A DNA stretch of 63,727 nt, filler included, from Reclinomonas americana ATCC 50394 (taxonomy: Eukaryota): the NCBI GenBank assembly GCA_048213135.1. It is 15 parts of 15 records of this genome, joined end to end, with 100 filler letters (N's around TTAATTAATTAA, not from the genome) between each part and the next. Parts side by side here need not be neighbours in the genome. Positions count along the whole stretch, not along the records: positions 36,323 to 47,135 come from AFZH01021210.1; positions 47,236 to 51,810 come from AFZH01021211.1; positions 51,911 to 56,944 come from AFZH01021212.1; positions 57,045 to 58,558 come from AFZH01021214.1; 11 more parts are not named here. The stretch is one strand, 5' to 3'. Position 1 is the first letter of the stretch, and every line of letters begins with the position of its first letter. This document shows, piece after piece, positions 39,701-57,437 of this stretch. The notes below the pieces were generated by a model, which was not told where the DNA came from, made no database searches, and worked only from the letters and a program-made list of their open reading frames with translations. Both the position numbers and the translations under genes were made by a program.

Positions 39701-42700
39701 TAGTGATGTGGGAGTTGCGTGAAGAAGGGGAAGGGGTGGGAAGGGAGAAGGGGGGAAGTGAGGGAAGGGAGAAGGGAGGGTAGGGAGAGGGAGAAGGGAG
39801 GGGAATAGGGCAAAGGCATTTGCTCATGGGTATTGCATTCTTTGATGCTGCTCAGCTCGTACTCTCTTTCTGTCTCTCTCTCTTTCTGTCAGTCTATCGT
39901 TCTGTGCGTGTGACTCAGTTGTCGCTTTCTCTGTGTCTCTCTGTACATTGCTTTTTGTGTCTGTCCTATTTCTCCGTCTCCGTTTTTCTCTATGTTTGTG
40001 TTACATGTTTTCTATCTCTGTGCCCTTCTCTGTTGCTCATTGCAGATGTGTCTCTCGGTTTTGCGCGTGTGTACGTATCTCTGTATGATTCTCTGTGCGT
40101 GTCTTCTTCTGTCCTCTGTTTGGTGTCTTTGTTTCTTTCCCCCCTCGCTCCGCTTACTTCTCTCATGCTCTCTCTGCGTGTCTCACTTTCACTCTTCGCA
40201 TTTGTCTGTCCTTTCTCAATGTACATTGCTCTCTCTGTTTATTTTGGTGTCTCATTGTTTCTCTGTGTATGAGTCTCCCTCCTCGTACGTCACTCTATTC
40301 CTCTCTCCCTCTGTACGTCTCTCTGTTTCTTTCTGTGTGTGTCTCTCTTTCTCACTCTGAGTCAATCCCCTTTCTGTCTTTCTTTGTCTGTGTATCTCCC
40401 TCGTTGTCTCTCTCGCGACTGTATCCCATTTCTCTGTCTCTGTTTGTGTCTCTCTTTCTCTGTGTGCATCTCTTTCTCGTTGTCTATCTACCCCTGTCTC
40501 TCTGTGTCTGTCTCACTGACTGTCTCTCTGTTTCGCTCTTTTTCTTTATGCGCGTCTCTGTCTCCCTCTCGTTCCTTTCTCTTTGCGTCTCTCTCTTCTT
40601 GTTCCCATTTCCTTCATTGTCTTTCACCCTCTGTTTGTGTTTCTCCTCTCCGTTCCTTCCCCTGCTCTTCTCCCTTTCTCACCACCACCCTTCTCCCCCT
40701 CCCAGCTGGCCAAGAAGGAAGTTGCATTCGCCGAAGAGGGCCTCGTGGCCAAGAGCGATCTGGAGGAGAAGGAGACTTTCCTGTCCGATCTGCAGGCCAT
40801 GCTGTCGGAGCAGTCGACGACGGCCGAGATGAATGCACTGGCACAGCGCAAGCAGTACGACGCCGAGACGAAGCGACGAAAACAGGAGTTTGATGAGGTG
40901 AGGGGTGGTCCTACTGAAGAGAGAGAGATGTGTTCTTCCGTGCTCATCACCTGTTTATCACGCAGCAAATGGAAAAAGAAAACAAAAAGTACGAGGACCT
41001 GAAGGAGGAAATGAAGAAGATGAAGCACGAGGCGCAAATGGAGCTCGACATTGCGCGGCAAAAGTACGAGAAGGAGCTGCAGGTGCGGTGGTGGCTCTTG
41101 ACGGAGTGGGCGTGGGGTGAGGAGGACTGACTCGGTGCGGGATTTGCAGAGAGTCACGGACGAGTTCCAGGAGAAGCACTTTTTGGAGGTGCAGAAGCGG
41201 CATGATTTGCAGGATGAGATGGACAAGGTGTGTGGGAGGGAAGGGGTGTGGAAGGGAAGGGGCGTGGAAGGGAAGGAGCGCGGAAGGGTAGGGATGTGAA
41301 AGGGAAGGGGTGTGAAAGGGAAAGAGCGAAGAAGGGAAGGGGCGTGAAAGGGAAAGAGCGTAGAAAGGAAAGGGCATGAAAAGGAGCGCGCGAGACGAGA
41401 GGGCAGATGACGATAACAGTGCTGGGGATGGGGAATGAGAGAGAATGAGAAAATCGCACAGCATTGTTTTGCAAAAGATCTCAGTCACCCGTATCTTGAT
41501 ATCAGTCGCCGGTTTTGCTGCATTCCGTCTGCACTGTTCGAGTCTTGCTCTCTTTCCCTCTCTCTGCCATTGTGTCTGTCTCTGCCATTGTGTCTCTCTC
41601 TGCCATTGTGTCTGTCTCTGCCATTGTGTCTCTCTCTGTCATTGTGTCTGTCTCTGTCTCTGTCATTGTGTCTGTCTCTGTTATTGTGTCTGTCTCTGTC
41701 ATTGTGTCTGTCTCTGTTATTGTGTCTGTCTCTGTCATTGTGTCTGTCTCTGTCATTATGTTCGTCTCTGTCATTGTATCCGTCTCTGCCAACTGCCTGT
41801 CTCTGCCATTGTGTCTGTCTCTGTCGTTTTATCTGTCTCTCTCTCTCTGTCCCTTTTTCTCTCTCGCATTCATTCTTTCTTATCTACATTCTGTTTATAT
41901 GCTGTCGCCTGCGCTTCTGCTGTATTCTTTGTTGCTTCTTCTTTGTTGCTCGCTCGCTGTACTTGTAATGTTTTTCGCATCTCATTGTCTTTCTTTCCGC
42001 GCAGGTGTACACGGATTTCAAGATCAAGTTCCAGAATCAGCGTGTTGAGCTCGAAACCAAGATGCAGAACATGGAGGTGAGTGTCGTGTCTGTTTTCGTG
42101 AGCTTGTGCGTCGGTACGCGCGCGTGCGTATCTGTTTTCGTGAGCCTGCAAGTGTGCGTCTCTATGTGTGTATCTCTGTTGTCTGTGCGTGCGTTTGTGT
42201 TTGTTTGTATCTCTGTTGTCTGTGCGTGCGTGTGTGTTTGTTGTTGTGTGCGATTTTCTCTGTGTGTTTAATTGTCTCTGTGTGTGCAATCATGCGTGTA
42301 TGTTGTTTGCTTGTGCGACCTTGTGTGCGTGTGTTGCGCGTTTGTTATATTTACACTCGTATATGTCTATGTCTGCGCATTTACGTCTGTGTACTAGCAT
42401 GTATTCATGTACTTGTGCTTTTGATATCTCTGCGTCGTGCATGCACGTTCGTTCCTCTACTAATCTCTCTTTTCACCATTCTTCCCCTTCCAGGACGAGT
42501 ACCGCGACCTGCTGGAGGCCGAACGCTCCGCCAATCGCAACCTGTTGGGCGAAAAAGAAAAGATGTACAGGCAACACACAGAAGTGCGCAATCAGATGGA
42601 GGTCGACATTGACACAGAAGTGGAGCGACTGAAGCAGGTGAGCTGTTGTTATTGCGACGACTTGTTGTGACACAAGTGCGGTGAACTGACTATCTTGCAC

Positions 42701-45700
42701 AGGCGCTCACGTTGGAGTTGGAGAGGAAGCAGTCGGAGAACGAAACGCTGCACGGAGGTCAAATAACATTATACCCTCATGCGCAGCTGCGTGCTTTTTC
42801 TCATCTTTTTTCGCCACAGAGTACCTGGTGCTGGAAAAGGGCAAGGAAACGCTGCAGCGCAAGTTGGAGGCGGCACAAGAGGCCTTGTCACACGCGGCGC
42901 TCAAGGAGCAGGAACTGCGCATGATTATTGTGAAGCGCGAGGAGGTGTGTGTTGGCGAAAGATTCAAATCGTGTTTTGCGGTGGCTAACTCGCGGAGTGA
43001 TTCTATTTGCAAATTGCAGGACATTAGCCACTCCAAGAAGGAGAACATTGAGCTCAACAAGTCGCTGTCGGAGAAGGAGAAGCGATTGCAAGAGGAGAAG
43101 CGGCGCAATGAGGTTGGTGAAAACAAGATGCACGTTGCAGACACCGTTTTGCTCACGCTTGGTGGTACCGCAGGAACTCAAAAAATCCAAGTACGTGCTC
43201 GAGTACCGCAATCAGAATCTCACCAAGCAGGTGGAGCCGAAGGAGCAGGAGATTCAGCGGCAGCATGCCGAGGTATGTGATGGGTGAAGTGTGTGGCTGT
43301 GGCAATAGAGGGCTGATTACTTGGCGCGCAGATTTTGAAGATGGGTCAGGACTTTGAGATGCTGGCGAAGCAAAAGGACGCCATCAAGCAGCTGGCGGAG
43401 GATGCGAAGGTGAGCGGGCAGATAGGGAGGGGATAGAATGGGAGAAGGGGGTGAAGGGGAGGGGGTGAAGGGGAGGGTTGGATGGTGAAGGGAGAGGGTT
43501 AAGGAAGAGTGAGACACTGATCGCACACACTCACCGATCAAGGGTCGAGGGTTGAGGAGAGACACTGATCGCAAACACTGTTTAAGGGTTGGGGACAGAG
43601 GAGAGACACTGATCACACGACCAAGGGTTGAGGACGGAGGTGAGACACTGATTGCACGCACACGCCGATCAATGGTCGAGGGTTGAGGAGAGACACCGAT
43701 CACACGCACACACCAATCAAGGGTTGAGGGTGGAGAGAGACACTGATCACACACACACACCGATCAAGGGTCGAGGGGTGGAGGAGAGAGAGACGCTGAT
43801 CACACAAACACATCGATCAAGGGTCGAGGGTGTGGATAGAGACACTGATTGCATGCACACACACCGATCAAGGGTTGAGGGTGGAGGAGAGACAGTGATT
43901 GTACGCACACACGGTTGAGGATGGAGGAGAGACACTGATCTCTGGCGCGTACTGATCAAGGGTCGAGGATGGAGGAGACACTGATCGCACGCGCACCAAT
44001 CAAGGGGTGAAGGTGGCAGAGAGACATTGATTGCATGCACACACCGATAAAGGGTTGAGGGTGGAGGAGAGGCACTGACCACACGCGCATCGGTCAAGGG
44101 TCAAGGGTGGAGAGAGACAGTGATTGCACGCACATACCGATCAAGGGTCGAGGGTGGATAGAGACACTGATTGCATGCACACACGCCGATCAAGGATTGA
44201 GGGTGGAGCGGACACTGATTGCACAAACACACCTTTCATGGGTCCATCTCACCATTCACTCACTCATCGCCACTCGTACAGTTGAAGTACAAGTCCTGCA
44301 AGGCCGAGCTGCGCAACGTGCAACGCAAGGTTGGTGTTTATTTGCAAGTCGCGTGCTTGTGCTCTCTGCTGACTTTTCCATCGTAGTTGCAAGATTTTGA
44401 GACGTTCCGGCAGCGCTTCCGTCACGACCTCAACGAGGTGCTCGAGCACTTCCAGCAGCCGAAGGAGCTGAAGGTTTGTTGGCATGCTGCTGAGTCACAG
44501 ATGTGCTGGTGTTGACGTGTACACAGGAATCTGTGCGCTCGTTTGCGAGTCGGTACTTGGCGGAGAATCTGGGTGACGATGATGCGCAATTGGCGAGTGA
44601 GAAGGGTGAGTGGTGGTGGATTGAAGAGAATCCTGCAAAGTGCAGTAGTTCACCTTCACCTTCCACAACAGATCCGGTGGAGCACGAACAACTGCGCCAT
44701 CGCGAGCACTTGGAGAAGCAGGTATCGACGCTCAAGAAGAAGCTGGAGAAGGATGTGGAGGTGCAAAAGGCGGAGAATGTGCGCATGTTGCAAGAGAATG
44801 TGACGCTGCTCAAGTTTCGTCCTCGCGACTCGCCTCTTCTCGTTTCCTATCCTCTTCTCATCTTCATCTCCACACAGGCAAATCAATCACTTGCGGAGAC
44901 AACTGCGCATGTCCAAGCCCGATGGACAGGGTTTGCCAACTGCGTCGTCCAGTAAGCCCTCGGCGCCGGCGGGAGTGACGATGGCGAATCCGCTGAAGGT
45001 ACATTTTTTGCATGTGTTTCCGTTGCTTGCAGTATGCTGACGCGCGTGTGCGACAGAACGAGCGCACGGCCAAGGAGATTGAGCTGCAGAGGCTGGAGAT
45101 TCAGCGACTGCGGAAACGAGTCGAGGAGTTGGAGGCGATTGCGTTCATACCGCGACCGTTGTCGCGGGATCGGTTGCCGCCGATGGATAGGTGCGGCGGT
45201 GTGGAAGGAGGAGGAGGGGAAGGGAGGGGCTACAGGAGAAGGGTGGGGTTAAATGGAGAAGGGTGGGGTTAAAGGAGAAGGGTTGGGTTAAAGGAAAAGG
45301 GAGGGGCTAAAGAGAAGGGTGGGGTTAAGGAGAAGGGTGGTGCTAAAGGAGAAGGGTGGGGCTAAAGGAGAAGGGTGGGGTTAAAGGAGATGGGTGGGGT
45401 TAAAGGAGAAGGGTGGGGCTAAAGGAGAAGGGAGGGGCTACAGGAGAAGGGTGGGGCTTAAAGGAAAAGGGCGAGGTTAAAAGGAGAAGGGCGGGGAAAT
45501 AAGGGGCGAGAGGAGAGCAGGGAAAGGCAAAAAAAGAAGAGAGACGAAGGAGATGGAAAGACAATGAAACGAGAGTGTTTGAGAGCGAACAGGAGTTGGA
45601 TGAGAAGAAATGTTTGACCATGTTGGTGAAGTAGAGAGAATACTGAGTGGGGCGAGCGAGTATTTGAGAGAGGTGTGTGTGGAAATTATTCAAATATAGG

Positions 45701-46174
45701 AAAGAAGAAGTGAAGTAGATAAGAGGAGAATTTGAGAGGAGAGAGGGAAGTGGAGAAGCAGAAGTAGAAGTAGAAAGAGACGGTGAGTGATTGGTTGTGG
45801 AGCGAGGTGGAGCAATGTAAGTTGGAGCAGAAGATGAAGAGGAGGAAAAAGGAGGGATTAAGGATGGAGACGAGGATGAGAAAAAGAGAGAGGAGACGAA
45901 AATGGCAAGATAAATGATATATTGGGGATTTGGAGGAGAGACAGGAATGGGGACAGCAAGATGTGTATTTCGCTGGGGATCTTGAGGGTAGATGCGCCTT
46001 TTTAGAGTACATGCACGGATGGCAGTTCATTCGTCTCGCACCTCGGCTCTTCTCCTTTTCATCTACCGCCGCTTGTTGCTGACTGATGTCGCTCCATGGC
46101 TGCACAGCAGCGACTATGTTGGCGCTTCGGGTTCCGGCGCGGGTGTCTCCTCCACAGCCACGTCGGCGCGCTGA
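33778..46174 (+). CDS. CFAP57: Cilia- and flagella-associated protein 57 (WDR65): WD40 repeats plus C-terminal coiled coil; more than 20 exons
   Basis: NIFGFDPHVKNG N-terminus; [31 protein letters not shown]...[56 protein letters not shown]...RMLQENVTLL. Exon phases are consistent through to TGA at 46172-46174. Confidence 0.92.
41560..41825. repeat. 18-bp intronic minisatellite (TCTGTCATTGTGTCTGTC)
   Basis: About 13 tandem units. Confidence 0.95.
43505..44230. repeat. ~47-bp intronic minisatellite (GAGACACTGATCGCACACACACCGATCAAGGGTCGAGGGTGGAG)
   Basis: About 15 degenerate tandem units in a CFAP57 intron. Confidence 0.92.
45230..45500 (+). repeat. ~20-bp G-rich minisatellite (AAAGGAGAAGGGTGGGG[T/C]T)
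   Basis: About 12 units just downstream of the donor at 45191. Confidence 0.9.
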
Positions 46175-46281
46175 GAGCGTTTTGTGTAGAAACCACTCGA
46201 ATGATAAAAATGTATGCGTGTGTGTGACTTCTGCATGATCTGCCATGAGTGCGCACCAATCAACCCTTCTCTCTTCCGAGT

Positions 46282-46852
46282 CTATAATTTCGCGGCGGGC
46301 TCTAATCTCCCCACTTCCAACTCTGCCAGCATGTCGTGCAGCGACACGGCATGCACCACGCGTGGCGTCGACTGCCGTCTCTCCAACAACGAAGCGAGGC
46401 CGCGACGTGCGTCCCGCACCAGTCGTCGCTCCACGTCGAACTCGTCCTCGAGGTCGTCCTTCTCGTTCAGCACCATGTGGCGGACCGCAATTGTGGCATC
46501 TCGGAGCGAATCATCGCCGTCAATGACCAGCACATCACGCGAGCGCCAGCCATCTGCGTCGTGAAAGATGAAGCGACGGGGTGGTGCGGTGGGTTCAGGA
46601 GGAGGAGGTGGCGGAAGTGTGACAGCAGCACTGCGACGAATGCGGAAGCGGGCTGCAATGTTGCGCATGACGGAGAATGCTCGCGAAAAGAGATGTGAGG
46701 CGGTGCGTTGAATGGCAGGTGGTAGAGGCAGTGGTCTGGGAAATGAAAGAGGATAAGATAAAAGAGATGAAGTGCAATTGCTTGATGGCTCACTTTCTCA
46801 CGAGGTAGTCCGGGTTTCGCTGCGTCTTCAGCTCATTCACCACCGTCTCGCT
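46282..46852 (-). CDS. Terminal coding exon(s) of an unidentified protein, possibly the C-terminus of the DDI1-like gene
   Basis: GC-rich ORF GWRSRDVLVIDGDDSLRDATIAVRHMVLNEKDD...AAKL-stop, plus a short exon near 46795-46852. Exon joins are unresolved and a gap separates it from the protease exons. Confidence 0.5.
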
Positions 46853-46859
46853 GCAGAGA

Positions 46860-47135
46860 ATGGTCAGCGATAAAGAGATGTGAAGAACGGCCAGCGATCA
46901 AGAGATGTGAAGAACGGTCAGCGACAAAGAGATGTGAAGAACGGTCAGCGATAAAGAGATGTGACGGTCAGCGATCAAGAGATGTGAAGAACAGTCAGCG
47001 ATAGAGATGTAAAGAACGGTAAGCGACAAAGAGAGGCGAAGAACGATAAGCGATCAAAAGATGTGAAGAACGGCCAGCGATCAAGAGATGTAAAGAACGG
47101 CCAGTGATCAAGAGATGTAAAGAACAGTCAGCGAG
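46860..47135. repeat. ~28-bp intronic minisatellite (CAGCGATCAAGAGATGTGAAGAACGGT)
   Basis: About 10 tandem units running into a gap. Confidence 0.92.
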
Positions 47136-47235
47136 NNNNNNNNNNNNNNNNNNNNNNNNNNNNNNNNNNNNNNNNNNNNTTAATTAATTAANNNNNNNNN
47201 NNNNNNNNNNNNNNNNNNNNNNNNNNNNNNNNNNN

Positions 47236-48965
47236 TGACAGGGGATGCGGACGCACCGATCAAGAAAGTGCGTGGCGGTGCCGGAAGAACCTGCGCGAGG
47301 CGGGGAACAGCGTGGGTCATCCGACAAACAAACACTTTTTTGCCACATTCTAATAGCGTGACAAATATCCACAACTCCTCACTCACCAACACGAAAGAGT
47401 CCGTTGCGCAGCTCAATGGAGACGCCGTTGTGAGCCATGAAATCGATGCCGAGAATGAAATCCACCGTGGCATCTGCAGGCAAGGTGAGCTCATGTGAGG
47501 CAGAGGGGCGCAGTGTTTGCGCACCTTCCATGACGGTCAGCGATGCGTCGAATTTCTCGCCGCCGATTTCCACGAGGATGCGGTGGATGCGGCCGTAGGA
47601 CTATACAAAGGGAAAGGGGGTGAGAGAGTGGAACAGAGAGTGAGGGAAAGGGAGTGAGAGAGTGGAAGAGAGAGTGAGGGAAATGGGTGTGAGACAGTGG
47701 AATAGAGAGTGAGGATAAGGGGGTGGGAGGATGACTGAGACAGTGAGGGAAAGGGGGTAAGAGAGTGGAAGAGAGCGTGTGGGAAAGGGTGTGAGAGGGT
47801 GGAAGAGAGAGTGAGGAAAAGGGGGTGGGAGAGTGGGAGAGAGAGTGAGGGAACGGGGGTGAGAGAATGGAGTGCGTGGAATGAATGCCACTGTAGGATG
47901 TGCAAGAAAACAATGTGCAGCACCACAATCGCAAAGACCACAACCAATGCTCTGTTCGCTCATCTGCTATTGATTGAATGTAGCGAATGCGTCCAGGAGA
48001 CGTGCGTGCCAAGTAGAAACGAATGTGTGAATGACGCAACATGCTTCGCTCCTTCGTGAATGCCTTCAACTTGCACGCGCTGTGGGAAGGAGAACACGGT
48101 TATAGAAACCAGCAGAAGACACCTCAAGGAACATTGCATGGACGACGGCGATGGCGATGAACGAAGAATACAGTAGAGGAAAAGAATGATGACGAGGAAT
48201 CCTTCGATAACGACTACGACGACAAGGGCGATGGTTCAGGACATCACTGAAGACGACAGCAACAACAACGATGAAGACGACGAAGAAATCAACAGCTACG
48301 AAGGATGCAAGGAGAGTGGAGACACGCACTACGTTGGGATGCAGGCGCAAATCAACGAAACGAAGCACAAGCACGGAGAATGAAAGGTTTGACGCGAATG
48401 GGAGAGGGAGAGAGGATCGGTGCTCTGTCTCTGTTCTCCTGCAACTTCATCTCTTCCTCTCGTGCCCTTAACGCCTGTCGCATCTCCTGCCTCAGTTTGC
48501 ACTCTCCTCTTCAACAAGTCTCAAGCATGTCAATTCGCCTGGCTGTCACTTCCCGTCTCTCTCCTGCATCTCTATCGCGCGCTCTGTCGCTCTCCTCCGC
48601 CTCCAATCTTCATAAACTTCCACTCTGCTCCTATCTACCCGACATCTCTATCCCCAGAATCTCTGTCTCTCTTTCTCTGCTTTTCACACTTCCTCAGCGC
48701 TGCAGCGCTTCTCCTGCCTCTCCTGGATCTCTCTCACTCTTACCTCTTTTGCATCTCTGTCCCCTGCATCTTCTCTCTTTCAACGCAACATGCGACGAAT
48801 CCACCAAATGCAACAATCCCAAGCGCATCACAAAGCGCAGCGAGCACACCGACATGCCCGCACCCGTGTCGATAAACACACTGCAAACACACAATCAAAC
48901 AACACACAAACAAAGAGAGAGAGAGAGTGGAGAGTGAAGGAATGCATTCAGATTACACACTGTTG

Positions 48966-48996
<31 letters not shown>

Positions 48997-49367
48997 ACAG
49001 ACAGAGAGAGAGAGAGAGTGGAGAGTGAAGGAATGCATTCGGATTACACATTGTGTTGTCTCTCTCTCTCTCTCTCACACACGCACACAACAGACAGAGC
49101 GAGAGAGAGAGAGAGAGAGAGAGTGGAGAGTGGAGAGCGAAGGAATGCATTCAGATTACACCTTATGTTGTCTCTCTCTCTCTCTCTCACGAACACACTC
49201 ACTCTCACACTCGCACACTCTCTCTCTCTCTCACACACACTCGCCCAGCATGTGACTTACCGCGTTGCTCTCCCAGCTAATCTACAGTTAACAAACAGCG
49301 CAGGCACGCTGACATCGAAGCCGCGATGCTCATCAATGAGCACAGACGATGGCGATGTTGTGCTCAT
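47236..49367 (-). CDS. DDI1/NRIP3-type retroviral-like aspartic protease (retropepsin); partial
   Basis: Six exons give VPALFVNCRLAGRATRVFIDTGAGMSVCS...GLLHLVD...GRIHRILVEIGGEKFDASLTVMEDATVDFILGIDFM...LFRVGSSGTATHFL. This is colinear with the Ddi1 RVP domain (D[S/T]GA catalytic motif and the LGxDxL motif). Confidence 0.85.
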
Positions 49368-50026
49368 CTTCCGTCAAATTAATGCAACAAGGTCAAAAGG
49401 ATGTCCTGCTGTGTCCCTGCGTAACAAGCACCGCCGTGGTGGAGTTCGTGAGGTGGACGGCGAGTGAGAAGAGGTATGGAAAGAGCGCTGGTTTGTGAGC
49501 GATGAGAAGCAATGATCCGAGAAAAACGTCGACAATTGTGAATGCTGTCACGCGAGGGCGCAGAGATATAGCTCCAGCGTAGACACTTTCTCTAGTGCAC
49601 ACTAGTGTGTCTCCACAATCAGGACCGTGCAGCTGCGGCTTCCAGAATGCAAAAGCAGCAACGCCGCAAAAATAAAAAATATCGAACTTCGGCTTCGTCG
49701 AGCTGCTTCACTTCATTGCCACTGCGCGCCCGGCAAGTACAGAGCAGAGCCAGCAGATACACAAGTGCACTTGGTCTTCTCCGAGAAGTTGAACGTCGAA
49801 CAGTGAAAATTCACTTGTTGGGAGTCATTCAAACAAATCAAAAGCGACTGTGACGATTGCAGTTGACGTTGGGTGTGGATCAACACGCGTGCGACTGTGA
49901 GCAATCAAGAGAAAGAGCGACACAGGAAAAGAGAGAAGAGCGCGCGTTTGCCAACGATCACTGTCGGATTGTCCGACCTTTTTGGCTTGTGTGAGAACGG
50001 GCGCGTGTTTCTCTGTTTGTTGAGAG

Positions 50027-54706
<4,680 letters not shown>

Positions 54707-55127
54707 TCATGAAGAGGAGAGATGGTGATGTACGGAATAAATGAAGGAGTGTAGTAAGGGAGGAAAGGAGGAAGAGAGGAAGTGGGCAAGTGTCAACCAA
54801 TTGGAAAGCGTGCACATGTTGATGGGTGATCAGGTGGGATAGGACACTGCAAGCAAGACAGGGGATCATCAAGACAGCTGTTGCTTGTTTGTTGGTGAAT
54901 GAATTGTTGTGTTATTGTTGCCTGCACAAAAACAGGATCGCCCGCGAAGTCAAAATCTGCAAGTTCTCCGTCATGTCAAAGAGCTGGTGGTGAAGGTTGC
55001 GTTGGAGGACATCTGCAGTCCCCACATGATTGTCGACGCGTGAGGTGAGCAGAGCAGGAATCACTGAGGCTGCAATGAACTTCGCAGGACGCTCAATCAC
55101 TTCATTTTTGTGTGCTCACCGGGAGCC

Positions 55128-55466
55128 ATGGCTGCCGCCGCTGCTTCAGCAACAGACAGCAGTGCGCCTTCTGCCTCGCCTGTGGCCTTTATCATCACAG
55201 GCTTTGGCAAGTTCTCAGGCACGTTGTTGTTCTCTCTCTCTCTTGCTCACTATTTTCGTCGAAACTCATCAGCGTGCATCAGGTGTGGCGGCCAACCCGA
55301 CCACTGTCATTGTGGAACTGATGCAGGAGAGAATGCCGGTGAGTGAGACAGAGGAGGAGAGAGAGTGTGTGGGAGAGAGAGTGTGTATGGGAGATGATTG
55401 ATGAGTGAATGAGTGAGACTGAGAGAGAGAGGACGGAAGGAGAGAGATACGAGAGAGGAGAGAGAG

Positions 55467-55509
<43 letters not shown>

Positions 55510-55604
55510 ATTAGAAATACAGAGAGAGAGAGAGATGACAATGAGAGAGAGTTGTGAGAGAAAGAAGAGAGACAGAGAATGAGAGAGAGTGTGTGTGTCG
55601 CTCG

Positions 55605-55639
<35 letters not shown>

Positions 55640-56521
55640 AGAGAGAATGAGAGAGAGAGAGAGAGAGCCTGAGTGAGAGAAGATGTCTGTCGTTGCACAA
55701 GCACAGTGACTGCCGTGAGTGAGAGTTGTCTGTCATTGCTCAAACACTGTGACTGAGTGCGTGCAGTCGATTCGCGGTGGCGTTATTGAGCATCTGGAGG
55801 TGCTGGAGGTGTCTGTGGATGGCGTCAATGAAGTTGCGGATAGATTGGGGGCGATGAGAGACTTGCTATTTGAGTGATTGACTGTTGTTCCGCAGCGTCT
55901 TGTTGACATTCATGGCAAGGGTGAGTTGTGACGAGAGACATCCTTGCTCTTTCCCGCTCACTCTCCCACTCCTTTGTTGACATTCTCTGCAGTGGCGCAG
56001 CTGATCGACGACGGAAGGACGGTGGTGATCGTGCACATGGGAGTGGGCTCGCAGAACACCAATTTCAATCTGGAGCAGCAGGCCTTCAATGGTCTTCATG
56101 AGTGTTCTTCGCCCGCCCTATCGCTGTTGCCTGACTCCCTGCACGCACGCAGTGATGAATTTCCGATGCCCAGACGAGCGCGGGTTCCAGCCGTTGCGCG
56201 CGCACATTGAGGAGAACCAGTCGGTGGGGAAAGCGCGATTCAGCACACTGCCGCTGCAGGTGGGTGGTGGTGGAGATTGAGATCCAGTCGTCTTTGGGAG
56301 ACATTAGGTCTTGAGAGAGTCGTTGTCTCTTGTTCAATAGCCAGACGTTGCAGAAGCTTGTAATCGCATCTGCTGCTATTTGTTGAAGCGGCGACAGAGA
56401 ATGAGACTTGACGTGCTGACCTCTTACCCCCTCCTCAGCGCGTTGCTCAAGAGCTCCGTGATGTCGGACACTCCGTGGCAGCCACTGACGATGCGGGTTC
56501 TTTCCTCTGCAACTACGTATA
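55128..56521 (+). CDS. Pyroglutamyl-peptidase I (peptidase C15); 3' exon missing
   Basis: Motifs FIITGFGKFSGVAANPT, IVHMGV...FNLEQQAFN (catalytic Glu), FRCPDERG and DDAGSFLCNYVY (catalytic Cys). The His-bearing exon is not visible and probably lies in the gap at 56945-57044. Confidence 0.9.
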
Positions 56522-57078
56522 GTTGCGTTTCAGCTGACATACCGTCCCAGGCTATGTTGTCGCCGCGCGCTCGCTCTTTGTTCTTTCTGTTCGTCCACTC
56601 ATTTACTATCTGTATGCTTGCATGACTTTCTTTTCTCATTCTCTCTCTCCCTCTCTATTATTCCTCTGTTCTCTGGCCTCTCTTTTACCTTTCCGTTTTG
56701 TGTATCCTGCCACACTCTGTTCTTGAATCTCTTCTCTCTGATTGCTTTGTCGCCTGCCTGTTCTCTTTCCATGTGTTTTTCCCGTCGTGTCTTTCCTTCT
56801 CTGTCTCCCTCAATTCATTTTCCTCTCTCACGCACACGCTATCTTTCACATGCCTGTTTTCTCCTTCTGCATGTCACTCCCTTACCTTTCCTATTTCCCC
56901 TTCGGATCCTTTCTTCCCTCTGTCTCGCTGTCCTTCCTTCCCCTNNNNNNNNNNNNNNNNNNNNNNNNNNNNNNNNNNNNNNNNNNNNTTAATTAATTAA
57001 NNNNNNNNNNNNNNNNNNNNNNNNNNNNNNNNNNNNNNNNNNNNGTACGTACGAGTACGTAGACGTACGAGACGTAGA

Positions 57079-57139
<61 letters not shown>

Positions 57140-57437
57140 AATAGTGTGTGTGAGAGAGAGAGAAATGGAAGAGTGTGTGAGAGGGAAGGGAGAGGGAAGG
57201 GAGAGAGAAGAGCGAGGCGACGCGTGAGGTGTGAAGAGCAAGGCTACACGAGCGTGCGTGCGCGAGTTAAGTGCGAAAGTAATGGCAGGACGACGGACGC
57301 ACGGACGATGCGACGACAGCTAGACTGCATGATGCAAGACGCACAACAAGCTTCACTTCTTAAGGCATGCTGAGAAAGGAGACCCATCGTGCGATGCACA
57401 AAGCAAAATTGTACTTGCACGCATGTGGTTGCGAAGG

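Noticed and set aside
43505..44230. CRISPR-like periodic array
   Set aside because: Units are degenerate with no unique spacers, no cas genes are present, and it lies in a eukaryotic intron; it is a minisatellite.
47236..49367. LTR retrotransposon protease
   Set aside because: Interrupted by spliceosomal introns, colinear with Ddi1, and no gag, RT, integrase or LTRs are nearby.
56505..56530. Stop-codon reassignment (TAG inside the conserved CNYVY motif)
   Set aside because: Explained by a phase-2 intron (TA|GTTGCGT). TAG and TGA terminate other genes normally.
57045..57085. GTACGTACG-like motif next to (GA)n, also at 61940-61970
   Set aside because: Occurs only at contig ends after long dinucleotide runs and resembles pyrosequencing dephasing noise (TACG flow order).
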